DNA of 64,000 nt, taken from NCBI GenBank assembly GCA_030583745.1, contig CP129473.1, positions 616,211-680,210 of the forward strand, given 5' to 3'. Both the position numbers and the translations under genes were made by a program. The notes under the pieces are model-generated. The model was not told the origin of the DNA. It did no database searches and saw only the letters and a list, made by a program, of their open reading frames with translations. The number at the start of each line of letters is the position of its first letter. The stretch's first letter is position 1. Origin of the DNA: Minisyncoccota bacterium. Its GTDB lineage: Bacteria; Patescibacteriota; Minisyncoccia; Phycocordibacterales; BOKC01. Shown here one piece after another: positions 1 through 8,354 of the stretch.

Positions 1-1
1 G

Positions 2-91
2 ACGGCATTGCCGGCCGGTGTCGGTACGATTATCGGCGGTTCGTACCTGCTTGCCTTGCGCTTGCAGGGCCGGAGGACAACAACCGCTTGA
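2..91 (+). CDS. Partial 3' end of a GC-rich upstream gene; the C-terminal ~29 aa (TALPAGVGTIIGGSYLLALRLQGRRTTTA*) look membrane-protein-like
   Basis: Frame 2 is open from the window edge to TGA at 89-91. The segment is ~65% GC, in sharp contrast to the rest of the window, and is followed by a strong terminator. Confidence 0.3.
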   Translation, partial: TALPAGVGTIIGGSYLLALRLQGRRTTTA

Positions 92-100
92 TGAGCCATA

Positions 101-129
101 CCCCCGCGTCCATGTGACGCGGGGTTTTT
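101..129 (+). terminator. Rho-independent terminator
   Basis: Hairpin 'cccccgcgtc catgtga cgcggggg' followed by a TTTTT run. Confidence 0.7.
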
Positions 130-149
130 CTATTCTATTTCTGTCCCCA

Positions 150-317
150 CATTTTCAAACCATCTAAACCCTATACCCCAGCAGACCCTATACCCTAATT
201 TGACATAAATCTCCTTTCTGCTATTCTTTTACAAGCTCACCAAGAGCTATTTTAATTAGGGTTAGGAGTTTTGAATTTCCCTAAACCCTAAACCCTAGTC
301 GCTAAACCCTAGTTCTC
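150..317. repeat. Telomere-like ACCCTA/CCCTAAA repeat tract upstream of rpsZ
   Basis: Several 'accctata', 'ccctaaaccctaaaccctag' and 'gctaaaccctag' units. The same family recurs at 39480-39515, 39860-39915 and, in degenerate form, 18490-18560. Confidence 0.6.
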
Positions 318-503
318 ATGGCCACTAAAGCCCAAATTGCAAAATCAAAGAAAAAACCAAAGTTTCAAACCCGAACTGTTCGGCGTTGTTTTAAGTGTGG
401 TCGTTGCAGGGGTTATATGAGAGATTTTGACCTCTGCCGAATTTGTTTTAGGGAGTTTGCGAACGAAGGGGTTTTGCCGGGGATTAAGAAATCAAGCTGG
501 TAA
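318..503 (+). CDS. rpsZ: 30S ribosomal protein S14 type Z (zinc-binding)
   Basis: 61 aa with a CxxC...CxxC zinc ribbon (CFKCGRCRGY...CRICFRE), in the canonical position before S8. Confidence 0.93.
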   Translation: MATKAQIAKSKKKPKFQTRTVRRCFKCGRCRGYMRDFDLCRICFREFANEGVLPGIKKSSW

Positions 504-536
504 TTTTTTAATTTATCCTTCACTAGATTTGGAAAA

Positions 537-929
537 ATGACTGATCCAATATCCGATTTATTAATAAGAATTAAAAACGCGGCGCAAACTGGGAAAAAGC
601 ACGCTTCTGTTTCTTATTCCAAACTAATGCTTAATTTGTTGGAAGTTCTTGAAAAAGAAGGTTTTGTAGAAAAGATTTCGCAGAAAGGTAAAAAACCCGG
701 AGATCGATCTATTGAATTTGAAATTTCTTACGATGGCTCAAAACCGAAAGTCAAAGGTACGGAAAGGGTTTCCAGGTTTTCAAGAAGGGTGTATTTGAAA
801 AATAAGGACATTGCGGCAGTCAGAAAAGGTTTCGGACGCGTTATTTTAACGACCCCCAAGGGAGTTATGGCAGACAGAGAAGCTATTAAAGAAAATATCG
901 GCGGCGAGGCCTTGTTTCGAATTTGGTAA
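537..929 (+). CDS. rpsH: 30S ribosomal protein S8
   Basis: MTDPISDLLIRIKNA... is a typical S8 N-terminus, and the operon order fits. Confidence 0.95.
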   Translation: MTDPISDLLIRIKNAAQTGKKHASVSYSKLMLNLLEVLEKEGFVEKISQKGKKPGDRSIEFEISYDGSKPKVKGTERVSRFSRRVYLKNKDIAAVRKGFGRVILTTPKGVMADREAIKENIGGEALFRIW

Positions 930-937
930 TAAAAAAT

Positions 938-1471
938 ATGAGCAGAATAGGAAAAAAACCAATTTCTATACCGGAGAATACCACTGTCAGCTTAAACGAC
1001 GGCCTTTTGCTGGTAAAGGGCCCAAAAGGTGAGATTTCCAGAAAGTTTAACGACAATATCAAAATTTCTGTTGAGGATAATTCGGTAAAGTTAACACCTG
1101 CAAAGAAAGATAATTTCAGCCAAGTTCTCTGGGGAACCTACGCTTCTCATGTTGCCAATATGGTAAGTGGGGTAAACACCGGTTTTGAGAAAAAACTCGT
1201 AATAGAGGGTATTGGATTTAAAGCGGAGGTTAAGGGCGATAGCATTGTCTTAAACGTCGGTTTCTCTCATCCCGTAGAGTTAAAAATCCCTGGAGGGATA
1301 AATGTTGTGACCGAAAAAGATTCAATAAAAATTTCCGGGATTGATAAAGAAATGGTCGGGCAGTTTGCCGCTAAAGTAAGAGATGTTAAGAAACCAGAAC
1401 CTTACAAAGGAAAAGGTATTCATTACGAAGGAGAACAGATTAGAAGAAAACAAGGCAAGAAGTCTGCGTAA
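938..1471 (+). CDS. rplF: 50S ribosomal protein L6
   Basis: MSRIGKKPISIPENTTV... is a typical L6 start. The ORF could begin at 923, but 938 gives the canonical N-terminus. Confidence 0.93.
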   Translation: MSRIGKKPISIPENTTVSLNDGLLLVKGPKGEISRKFNDNIKISVEDNSVKLTPAKKDNFSQVLWGTYASHVANMVSGVNTGFEKKLVIEGIGFKAEVKGDSIVLNVGFSHPVELKIPGGINVVTEKDSIKISGIDKEMVGQFAAKVRDVKKPEPYKGKGIHYEGEQIRRKQGKKSA

Positions 1472-1489
1472 AAATTTTTAAACAAAGCT

Positions 1490-1828
1490 ATGAAAGTCTT
1501 AACAAAGATAGAAAGAAGGAGAAAGAGAATAAGGTCAAAAATTTTTGGCACGGTAGAGCGACCACGGGTTAGTGTGTTTCGATCCAACACTTCTATCTAC
1601 GCTCAAGTCATTGATGATAAAACCGGAGAGACATTGGTAGCTATTCATACTAAGAATGTTGAAGGTAAGAATCCTACCGAAAGAGCCAAACAAGCCGGCA
1701 AATTGTTGGCCGAGAAAGCTAAAGAAAAGAAAATTACAAAGATAGTTTTTGATAGAGGGGGTTATTTGTTTGGTGGTAAAATCAAGGCTTTAGCAGAAGG
1801 GTTGAGAGAGGGTGGTCTAGAATTTTAA
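1490..1828 (+). CDS. rplR: 50S ribosomal protein L18
   Basis: [20 protein letters not shown] motif. Confidence 0.93.
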   Translation: MKVLTKIERRRKRIRSKIFGTVERPRVSVFRSNTSIYAQVIDDKTGETLVAIHTKNVEGKNPTERAKQAGKLLAEKAKEKKITKIVFDRGGYLFGGKIKALAEGLREGGLEF

Positions 1829-1845
1829 TTTGTTTTTTAAAGATT

Positions 1846-2409
1846 ATGAAATCAGAAGAAAAAAAAGAGGAAAAAGCAGGGGCTGAAGTTGCAGACAACA
1901 AACAGCGTTCCGACAAGCCGGTCTTTGCAAAAAATAGAAGGCGCCGTTCGGACAAATTCGAAAAAGCCGGCCGACCTAAGCCGGAATTTGAACAGAAGAT
2001 CATAGAGATCCGCAGGGTTGCCAGAGTTGTTTCTGGTGGAAGACGCTTTAGTTTTAGTGTGGCCTTAGTTGCCGGCAATAGAAAAGGATCAGTCGGTGTC
2101 GGGCTTGGCAAGTCAAATGATACTCCGGTTGCGATTGAAAAAGCTTACAGAGACGCAAAGAAAAATTTGATAAATATATCTTTAACCAAAGACTCCTCTA
2201 TCCCACATTTGGTAAAAGGTAAATTTTCTAGCTCAAAAGTAATAATGATGCCGGCTCCTGGTAGAGGAATATTAGCCGGAAGCTCCGTTCGAGACGTGGT
2301 GGAATTGGCAGGAATAAAGAATATAAATTCTAAGGTTGTCTCCGGTAGCAAAAATAAGCTAAATAATGCCAAAGCGGCAATAGAAGCATTAGTTCAGTTT
2401 CAAGGTTAG
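1846..2409 (+). CDS. rpsE: 30S ribosomal protein S5
   Basis: IEIRRVARVVSGGRRFSFSVALVAGNRKGSVGVGLGKS is the S5 dsRBD/core. Confidence 0.95.
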   Translation: MKSEEKKEEKAGAEVADNKQRSDKPVFAKNRRRRSDKFEKAGRPKPEFEQKIIEIRRVARVVSGGRRFSFSVALVAGNRKGSVGVGLGKSNDTPVAIEKAYRDAKKNLINISLTKDSSIPHLVKGKFSSSKVIMMPAPGRGILAGSSVRDVVELAGIKNINSKVVSGSKNKLNNAKAAIEALVQFQG

Positions 2410-2430
2410 ATTTGAAATAAATTAAACACT

Positions 2431-2859
2431 ATGCAGTTACACAACTTAAAACCAAAAACCAAAAACAAAAAATCCCGCCAGGTTGGACGTGGAGGTAAGA
2501 GAGGAAAAACCTCCGGTCGTGGTATGAAGGGGCAAAAAGCTCGAGCCGGTCGCAAATTAAGACCGGAAGTTAGAGATTTGATAAAGCGTTTGCCTAAAAA
2601 AAGAGGTTATAGATTCAAGAGTTTTCAGATCAAGCCCGTAATTATTTCTCTACAAGATATAGAAGACAATTTTTCATCTGGCGAAGAGGTTAGTCCTGAT
2701 TCTTTATCTAAGAAAAATTTGATTACCAGAAAAGATTTGGAGATTGGAGTAAAAGTCTTGTCTGATGGTAAACTAACTAAAAAGATTGTTCTGTCCGGAT
2801 GTTTGTTTTCCAGTTCTGCAAAGTCTGCAATTGAGAAAGCCGGAGGCGAGGTAAAATAA
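2431..2859 (+). CDS. rplO: 50S ribosomal protein L15
   Basis: MQLHNLKPKTKNKKSRQVGRGGKRGKTSGRG. It follows rpsE directly, so there is no rpmD (L30) between them. Confidence 0.93.
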   Translation: MQLHNLKPKTKNKKSRQVGRGGKRGKTSGRGMKGQKARAGRKLRPEVRDLIKRLPKKRGYRFKSFQIKPVIISLQDIEDNFSSGEEVSPDSLSKKNLITRKDLEIGVKVLSDGKLTKKIVLSGCLFSSSAKSAIEKAGGEVK

Positions 2860-2863
2860 AAAT

Positions 2864-4135
2864 ATGAGCGGATTTAGCACAAAGTTAAAACTCATCTTCC
2901 AAGATAGGATTTTGAGAAAAAGAATATTTTTTGTCCTTGGGGCTTTAGTAGTCTTCAGGATGCTGGCATCCATCCCCATCCCCGGAGTTGACGCTTTTCA
3001 GTTAGAGAGGTTTTTTTCTGACAATCAATTTCTGGGTCTTTTGAACATTTTTTCCGGTGGTGGTTTGGCCAATCTTTCGATTGTGATGCTTGGTGTTGCG
3101 CCTTATATTACCGCTTCTATTATTATGCAGCTTCTGACCATTATGTCGCCCAAACTTAAAGCCATGTATCAGGAGGAGGGGGACGCGGGCAGGAAAAAAT
3201 TTAATCAGTATTCAAGATTTTTGACCGTGCCTCTTGCTTTTATTCAAGGTTTTGGTTTTTTGGCTTTTCTTCGCTCACAGGGCGTGCTTGCGGAAATGAC
3301 TTTAACTGATCAGTTGGTGAACGTTTTGATTATTGCCGCCGGTTCAATTTTGCTTATGTGGATTGGTGAATTAATTTCGGAGTTTGGTATTGGTAACGGA
3401 GTTTCAATATTAATTTTTGCCGGTATTGTCGCCGTCCTACCTTCAACTATTACCCAGCTCTTGTTTACTTTCGAAATATCGCAATTACCAATTTATCTTG
3501 CCGCCTTTGTTGCCGCTCTAGCGATAACTTACGGTGTGGTCTTTATTACTGAAGCCGAGAGGCCAATCCCAATTACTTATAGCAAGAGAATCAGGGGCTC
3601 TCGAGTCTTCGGTGGAGTTTCAACTTATTTACCGCTACGTTTGAATCAAGCTGGAGTAATTCCGATTATCTTTGCGCTCTCTATTCTTCTTTTCCCGCAA
3701 ATGGTCTTAAATTTTCTAGGTAGTATTGATAATTTGACAGTTCAAAATATTTCTCAAATTCTTTTGAGAATTGTTGAACAGCCGTGGATTTACGCGACAG
3801 TCTATTTTGGTCTGGTTTTCCTCTTCACCTATTTTTATACTGCTGTAACTTTTGACCCGAATACGACCGCGACTCATTTGCAGAAGAGTGGAGCTTTTAT
3901 CCCCGGAGTTCGTCCCGGAGAAAACACTTCTTCTTATGTCGGAAAGATTTTAACTCGCCTGACTTTGGTTGGCGCCTCGTTTTTGGGTATTATCGCTGTT
4001 CTACCCCTTGTTATGGTGGCTTTAACCGACATCACCGCTTTTGCTATCGGTGGCACAGGCCTTCTGATTGTTGTTTCGGTTGTGATTGATTTGATAAAGA
4101 AAATCGAAGCCCAGATAACAGCAAGAGAATATTAA
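2864..4135 (+). CDS. secY: Preprotein translocase subunit SecY
   Basis: 423-aa polytopic membrane protein in the conserved position after rplO; SecY-like TM pattern. Confidence 0.92.
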   Translation: MSGFSTKLKLIFQDRILRKRIFFVLGALVVFRMLASIPIPGVDAFQLERFFSDNQFLGLLNIFSGGGLANLSIVMLGVAPYITASIIMQLLTIMSPKLKAMYQEEGDAGRKKFNQYSRFLTVPLAFIQGFGFLAFLRSQGVLAEMTLTDQLVNVLIIAAGSILLMWIGELISEFGIGNGVSILIFAGIVAVLPSTITQLLFTFEISQLPIYLAAFVAALAITYGVVFITEAERPIPITYSKRIRGSRVFGGVSTYLPLRLNQAGVIPIIFALSILLFPQMVLNFLGSIDNLTVQNISQILLRIVEQPWIYATVYFGLVFLFTYFYTAVTFDPNTTATHLQKSGAFIPGVRPGENTSSYVGKILTRLTLVGASFLGIIAVLPLVMVALTDITAFAIGGTGLLIVVSVVIDLIKKIEAQITAREY

Positions 4136-4138
4136 AAG

Positions 4139-4732
4139 ATGCAAATGCGAACACGAACTTTCATGTTTTTTGGCCCGTCTGGCTCTGGCAAAGGCACACA
4201 AGCCAAGCTCTTGATAGATTTTTTGGAAAATAAACAGGGACGGAAAGTTATTTACATAGAAACCGGCCAAAAAATAAGGGAATTTATAATTAATGGCGGT
4301 TATACCAGTCGCCTGACCAAAGAAATCATAGACAAAGGTGGACTTCTACCGGCTTTTTTGCCGGTTTGGCTTTGGACGAGTCATTTGAATGAAAATTTTA
4401 CCGGTGAAGAAGATTTAGTGCTTGACGGTTTGTGTCGTCGACCATATGAAGCGCCGGTTTTGGATTCGGCTTTGAAATTCTACAAATTAGACAAGCCGTT
4501 TGTGGTTTCTTTAAATGTTTCTCGCGACTGGTCTATGGAAAGACTTAAATCAAGGGGCCGGAAAGATGACACCGAAGAATACATAAACAGCCGTCTTGAT
4601 TGGTATGAAAAAGAGGTGGCGCCCTCGGTTGATTTCTTTAGGAATAATCCCGATTATAATCTTTTGGAGATTAACGGCGAACAACCCATAGAGAAAGTTT
4701 ACGAAGAAATAATTCAAAAATCCGGAATCTAA
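4139..4732 (+). CDS. adk: Adenylate kinase
   Basis: P-loop FFGPSGSGKGTQAKLL and a position after secY. The true start may be an internal ATG near 4163. Confidence 0.88.
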   Translation: MQMRTRTFMFFGPSGSGKGTQAKLLIDFLENKQGRKVIYIETGQKIREFIINGGYTSRLTKEIIDKGGLLPAFLPVWLWTSHLNENFTGEEDLVLDGLCRRPYEAPVLDSALKFYKLDKPFVVSLNVSRDWSMERLKSRGRKDDTEEYINSRLDWYEKEVAPSVDFFRNNPDYNLLEINGEQPIEKVYEEIIQKSGI

Positions 4733-4741
4733 TTTTTCCAA

Positions 4742-5506
4742 TTGTCTATTTTAAAAAACAAAGAGGAAATAGAAATTTTGCGGGAGGGCGGACGACGTTT
4801 GGCTCGGATTCTTGCCAAGATAAAAAGTGCCTCAAAACCCGGAATTAGCACCAAAGATCTTGATGATTTAGCTTTTCGGTTGGCAGATGAAGGTGGCGAC
4901 AAACCGGCGTTTTTAAATTATTGTCCGGAAGAAAATGGCCGGCCATATCCAGCAACCCTTTGCGTTTCAGTAAATGAGGAATTGGTCCACGGCCTGCCTT
5001 CTCCCGAAAAAATTTTAAAAGACGGGGATATTATTTCTGTTGATATGGGTCTTAATCATCTGGGTCTTATAACAGATTCAGCAATAACTTTTCCGATAGG
5101 CAAGATTCAAAAAGAAACTCAGCTCTTACTTAAGGCGACAAGGGAATGTCTTGAAACTGGAATTAAGGAAGCTAAATCAGGAAACTTTGTTGGTGATATC
5201 GGTTTTGCTATAGAGAAAACAGCCAAAAAATACGGTTTTGATTTGGCAAAAGGACTGGCCGGACACGGTGTTGGTCACAAGGTCCATGAGGATCCGCTTA
5301 TTCCGAATACTGGAAGGAGGGGGAATGGCATGAAGCTAAAAATTGGTATGGTTTTAGCGATTGAGCCAATGCTTTGTCTTGGCAGTGGTGAGATTTCTCT
5401 GGAAAAAGATGGATTTACTATTAGCACCAAAGACAAATCCCTTTGCGCTCATTTTGAACATACAATTGCGATTACCGAAAAAGGCCCGGAGGTGTTGACT
5501 TGTTGA
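4742..5506 (+). CDS. map: Methionine aminopeptidase type I
   Basis: The pita-bread metalloprotease motifs (D..D..H..E..E pattern) are consistent, and the gene follows adk. Confidence 0.88.
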   Translation: MSILKNKEEIEILREGGRRLARILAKIKSASKPGISTKDLDDLAFRLADEGGDKPAFLNYCPEENGRPYPATLCVSVNEELVHGLPSPEKILKDGDIISVDMGLNHLGLITDSAITFPIGKIQKETQLLLKATRECLETGIKEAKSGNFVGDIGFAIEKTAKKYGFDLAKGLAGHGVGHKVHEDPLIPNTGRRGNGMKLKIGMVLAIEPMLCLGSGEISLEKDGFTISTKDKSLCAHFEHTIAITEKGPEVLTC

Positions 5507-5591
5507 AGTTCGCGATTTTGCTATTTTTAGTAAATTCTTCTATACTTTTTGCATTATCAACTACAGACTGTTAGCTACAAATTAATTTACT

Positions 5592-6194
5592 ATGCACCCA
5601 AGCAAAGAAAAAACACTAGTTATCATTAAGCCCGATGGAATTCAGAGGACTTTGATCGGCGAGATTATTGGACGATATGAAAGAATCGGCTTAAAGCTCG
5701 TTGGGCTCAAAATTGTGGTGCCGAAAGAAGATCAAGTTCACGCTCACTACACAGTTGATCCGGAATGGATTCAAAAAACTGGTGAAAAGGCGATTTCGGC
5801 TTATGAGAAGAAAGGGCAAACTCCTCCCTCAACAGATCCGATGGAAGTCGGCAACAAAGTTTTGGAAAATTTGAAAAAATATTTAACATCCGGCCCGGTT
5901 GTGGCAATGGTTTGGCAAGGCGCTCATGCGGTTGAGGTTGTTCGAAAAATTACTGGAGGCACGGAACCCCGTTCAAGCGATGTCGGCACCATCCGAGGCG
6001 ATTTTGTATTGGATTCATATCAAATGGCTGACACTGACGGCCGAGCTATCAGAAATCTTATTCACGCTTCCGGCTCAACTGATGAAGCTCAAAAAGAAAT
6101 TTCTCTTTGGTTTGACGGAAATGAAATCGTAAATTATCGATTAGTTCAGGAACAAATCACATACGATGTAAATCTAGACGGGATTTTGGAGTAA
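5592..6194 (+). CDS. ndk: Nucleoside diphosphate kinase with a ~50-aa C-terminal extension
   Basis: LVIIKPDGIQRTLIGEIIGRYERIGLKLVGLK..HASGS core; 200 aa compared with ~140 typical. Confidence 0.88.
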   Translation: MHPSKEKTLVIIKPDGIQRTLIGEIIGRYERIGLKLVGLKIVVPKEDQVHAHYTVDPEWIQKTGEKAISAYEKKGQTPPSTDPMEVGNKVLENLKKYLTSGPVVAMVWQGAHAVEVVRKITGGTEPRSSDVGTIRGDFVLDSYQMADTDGRAIRNLIHASGSTDEAQKEISLWFDGNEIVNYRLVQEQITYDVNLDGILE

Positions 6195-6346
6195 TTCTCT
6201 TGTTTTTGGTATAATCTATAAGGGGTTGTTTGAAACATTCTCTATGACATTTGTCAGGGAGTTCAAATTGCTCTACTCCTCGGAGTAGAGTTGAGAGCAC
6301 CCACCTATGATTTTATAGGGCAAATGTTTTCAAATGACCCCCACTA

Positions 6347-6390
6347 AAATTCCTCCGCCCGAAGCGGGGGAATTTTAGTTTTGGCACTGT
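6347..6390 (+). terminator. Strong rho-independent terminator, possibly the 3' end of a small RNA
   Basis: 15-bp stem 'ctaaaattcctccgc ccgaa gcgggggaattttag' followed by TTTT. An extended -10 'TGGTATAAT' lies upstream at about 6212-6221. Confidence 0.6.
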
Positions 6391-6423
6391 GATATCATTA
6401 AGGCGTGCAAAACTAGTTAAAAA

Positions 6424-6831
6424 ATGGAAAATAAAATTCTAAAAATTATCCTAGGACTCATTGTCGCTATTGCTATTTTACACACGGTAGCCATCTATTT
6501 CTATTTGTATTACGAACTTTGGTGGTTTGATATTTTGATGCACTTTGTTGGCGGTTTTTGGACAGTCTTGTTTTTTCTCTGGCTTTTGGTTTTTTCTGGA
6601 GCGTTTTTGCTTGATGTTGAACGTAAAAATCCGGCGATTCTGTCTTTCTTGGCAACGTCTTTTCTTGTGATCGTTGCTGTTTTTTGGGAAATTTTTGAAC
6701 TAAAATTTGGTCTGACTTCTCTTAACGACTTTGATTATATTCAAGACACAGTTTCTGATATCTTTTCGGCTTTTGCCGGCGGACTTTTGGCTTCTCTATT
6801 TTTCTTCCGGAAAGTTTTTAAAAACTTCTAA
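6424..6831 (+). CDS. Hypothetical small membrane protein (4 TM)
   Basis: Hydrophobic 135-aa ORF. Confidence 0.6.
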   Translation: MENKILKIILGLIVAIAILHTVAIYFYLYYELWWFDILMHFVGGFWTVLFFLWLLVFSGAFLLDVERKNPAILSFLATSFLVIVAVFWEIFELKFGLTSLNDFDYIQDTVSDIFSAFAGGLLASLFFFRKVFKNF

Positions 6832-6877
6832 AAGAAAAAGGCGCCCCATACAGATAGCGCCCACGAAACCGTCTTCA

Positions 6878-7045
6878 TCAGCTGCTGACTCTTTCCGCCT
6901 TACTCAGGTAGAGTTTCCGGCAGAGTTGACTCGGCTGGGGTTTGGTTTCCCCCCTTTCTTCTTTTTCTCCTTCTTTCCGGCACACTTCCTGTTCCTCTGC
7001 CGGATGCGTTGTTGATTGAGGTTTTTCCACACGCTCTTTTTCCAT
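6878..7045 (-). CDS. Hypothetical small charged protein (55 aa, 2 Cys)
   Basis: Good SD AAGGAGA 7 nt before the ATG; a terminator hairpin plus T-run lies downstream on the minus strand at about 6840-6868. Confidence 0.4.
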   Translation of the reverse strand: MEKERVEKPQSTTHPAEEQEVCRKEGEKEERGETKPQPSQLCRKLYLSKAERVSS

Positions 7046-7136
7046 GGATTTCTCCTTCTTGGTGTGCGAGTCCAAAATATATGATAGCAAAATATCCACC
7101 TCGCGCAATGCAAGGTGTGGATTTTGACTGTTGGAG

Positions 7137-7481
7137 TTAGGAGATTTTTTTAATTACCCTCTTGAAAGTTTCCGGATGATTTTGTGCCAAGCCGGAGAGG
7201 ATTTTTCTGTCTAAAGCGATATTGGCTTTTTTCAGAGCACCAATCAGTTTACTGTAAGAAACTCCCTGCTCTTTTGAAGCGGCTCCTATCCGCACGTTCC
7301 AAAGTTTTCGGAAGTCATTTTTCTTATCTCTTCGGTGCGCAAAAGCGTGAGCGCCAGCATGAACTAGCGCTTCATATGCTTGTCTTTCTTTTTTTGACCT
7401 GCCATGTCTGTAACCCTTGGCTCTCTTTAAAACATTCTTTCTTGTTTTAAGGGCGTGAACCCCCTTCTTTACTCTTGTCAT
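7137..7481 (-). CDS. rplT: 50S ribosomal protein L20
   Basis: MTRVKKGVHALKTRKNVLKRAKGYRHGRSK... Confidence 0.95.
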   Translation of the reverse strand: MTRVKKGVHALKTRKNVLKRAKGYRHGRSKKERQAYEALVHAGAHAFAHRRDKKNDFRKLWNVRIGAASKEQGVSYSKLIGALKKANIALDRKILSGLAQNHPETFKRVIKKIS

Positions 7482-7505
7482 GGTTCTTTCGGCTTAGATA
7501 ATATT

Positions 7506-7688
7506 TTATTTTGATAAAAATCTTCTACTGATTCTCTTGTTAAATTTCAGAGATGAGGATCTCCTTTTTGCAATCCCTTTCCGACCGCTGTCTTTGGAAT
7601 TGAAATGATTTTGACCAGTTTTTCTTGCAATAACTTTTCCTTTTCTGGTTACTTTCAACCTTTTTGTATACGATTTGTTTGTTTTCAT
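7506..7688 (-). CDS. rpmI: 50S ribosomal protein L35
   Basis: MKTNKSYTKRLKVTRKGKVIARKTGQNH... Confidence 0.92.
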   Translation of the reverse strand: MKTNKSYTKRLKVTRKGKVIARKTGQNHFNSKDSGRKGIAKRRSSSLKFNKRISRRFLSK

Positions 7689-7765
7689 AATCTTAAGTTA
7701 TTAAACGCTTAGTTTTTGACTCTAGTTTTTTATTGTATCCTGAAGCTAATTTATAGAACTTATTT

Positions 7766-8278
7766 TTATTTTTTCTCTATTATTATTGTCATTCCCTTCG
7801 GACTTTTTTTGGGCGGTTCAGCGATTTTATACTCAACCGGCAATAATTTCAAGATTCTATCCATTCTGTCCTTCAAGAAGTTTTGTTCAAGATATTTTGT
7901 TCGGCCTGGTAGGAACAAATCAATTTTTACTCTGTGTTTTTCGCTTAACCACTCGCCGGCTTTTTTAGCTTTTAAGCCAAGGTCATGCTCTCCGGTACCG
8001 ATTTTTATTTGTATATTTTTTACTTCTACTGACCGGGATTTTGACTTCGCTTGTTTTTGCTTCTTGTTTTCTTCGTACTGATATTTTCCAAAATCAGAGA
8101 TTCTGGCTATGGGCGGATTGGCGTTTGGTGAAATTTCTATTAAATCAAGACCCAGCTCCTCGCTTTTTTTGAGAGCTTCACTTAAGGTCAAAATTCCGAG
8201 ATTTTCGCCTTGGGATCCAATAACCCTTAATTCAGAGGCCCTAATTTGGTGGTTTATCCTTGCTTTCCAGTTATTCAA
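7766..8278 (-). CDS. infC: Translation initiation factor IF-3
   Basis: INHQIRASELRVIGSQGENLGIL and an IF3 C-domain; part of the classical infC-rpmI-rplT operon. The start may be non-AUG and lie further upstream. Confidence 0.92.
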   Translation of the reverse strand: MNNWKARINHQIRASELRVIGSQGENLGILTLSEALKKSEELGLDLIEISPNANPPIARISDFGKYQYEENKKQKQAKSKSRSVEVKNIQIKIGTGEHDLGLKAKKAGEWLSEKHRVKIDLFLPGRTKYLEQNFLKDRMDRILKLLPVEYKIAEPPKKSPKGMTIIIEKK

Positions 8279-8354
8279 TTATTTTAGGCGACAAGTTATT
8301 AACTTCTAAAGTATAGCACGACTTGTTTTTTACTGCAAATTTTTTCCTAGCGCT

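Noticed and set aside
1782-2372. Antisense ORFs within rplR/rpsE (1782-2111 minus, 2145-2372 minus), and similar antisense ORFs throughout (for example 19691-20267, 24639-24821, 25114-25410, 27653-28016 and 62038-63054)
   Set aside because: They lie on the opposite strand of well-supported conserved genes and have no motifs. They are typical spurious frames.
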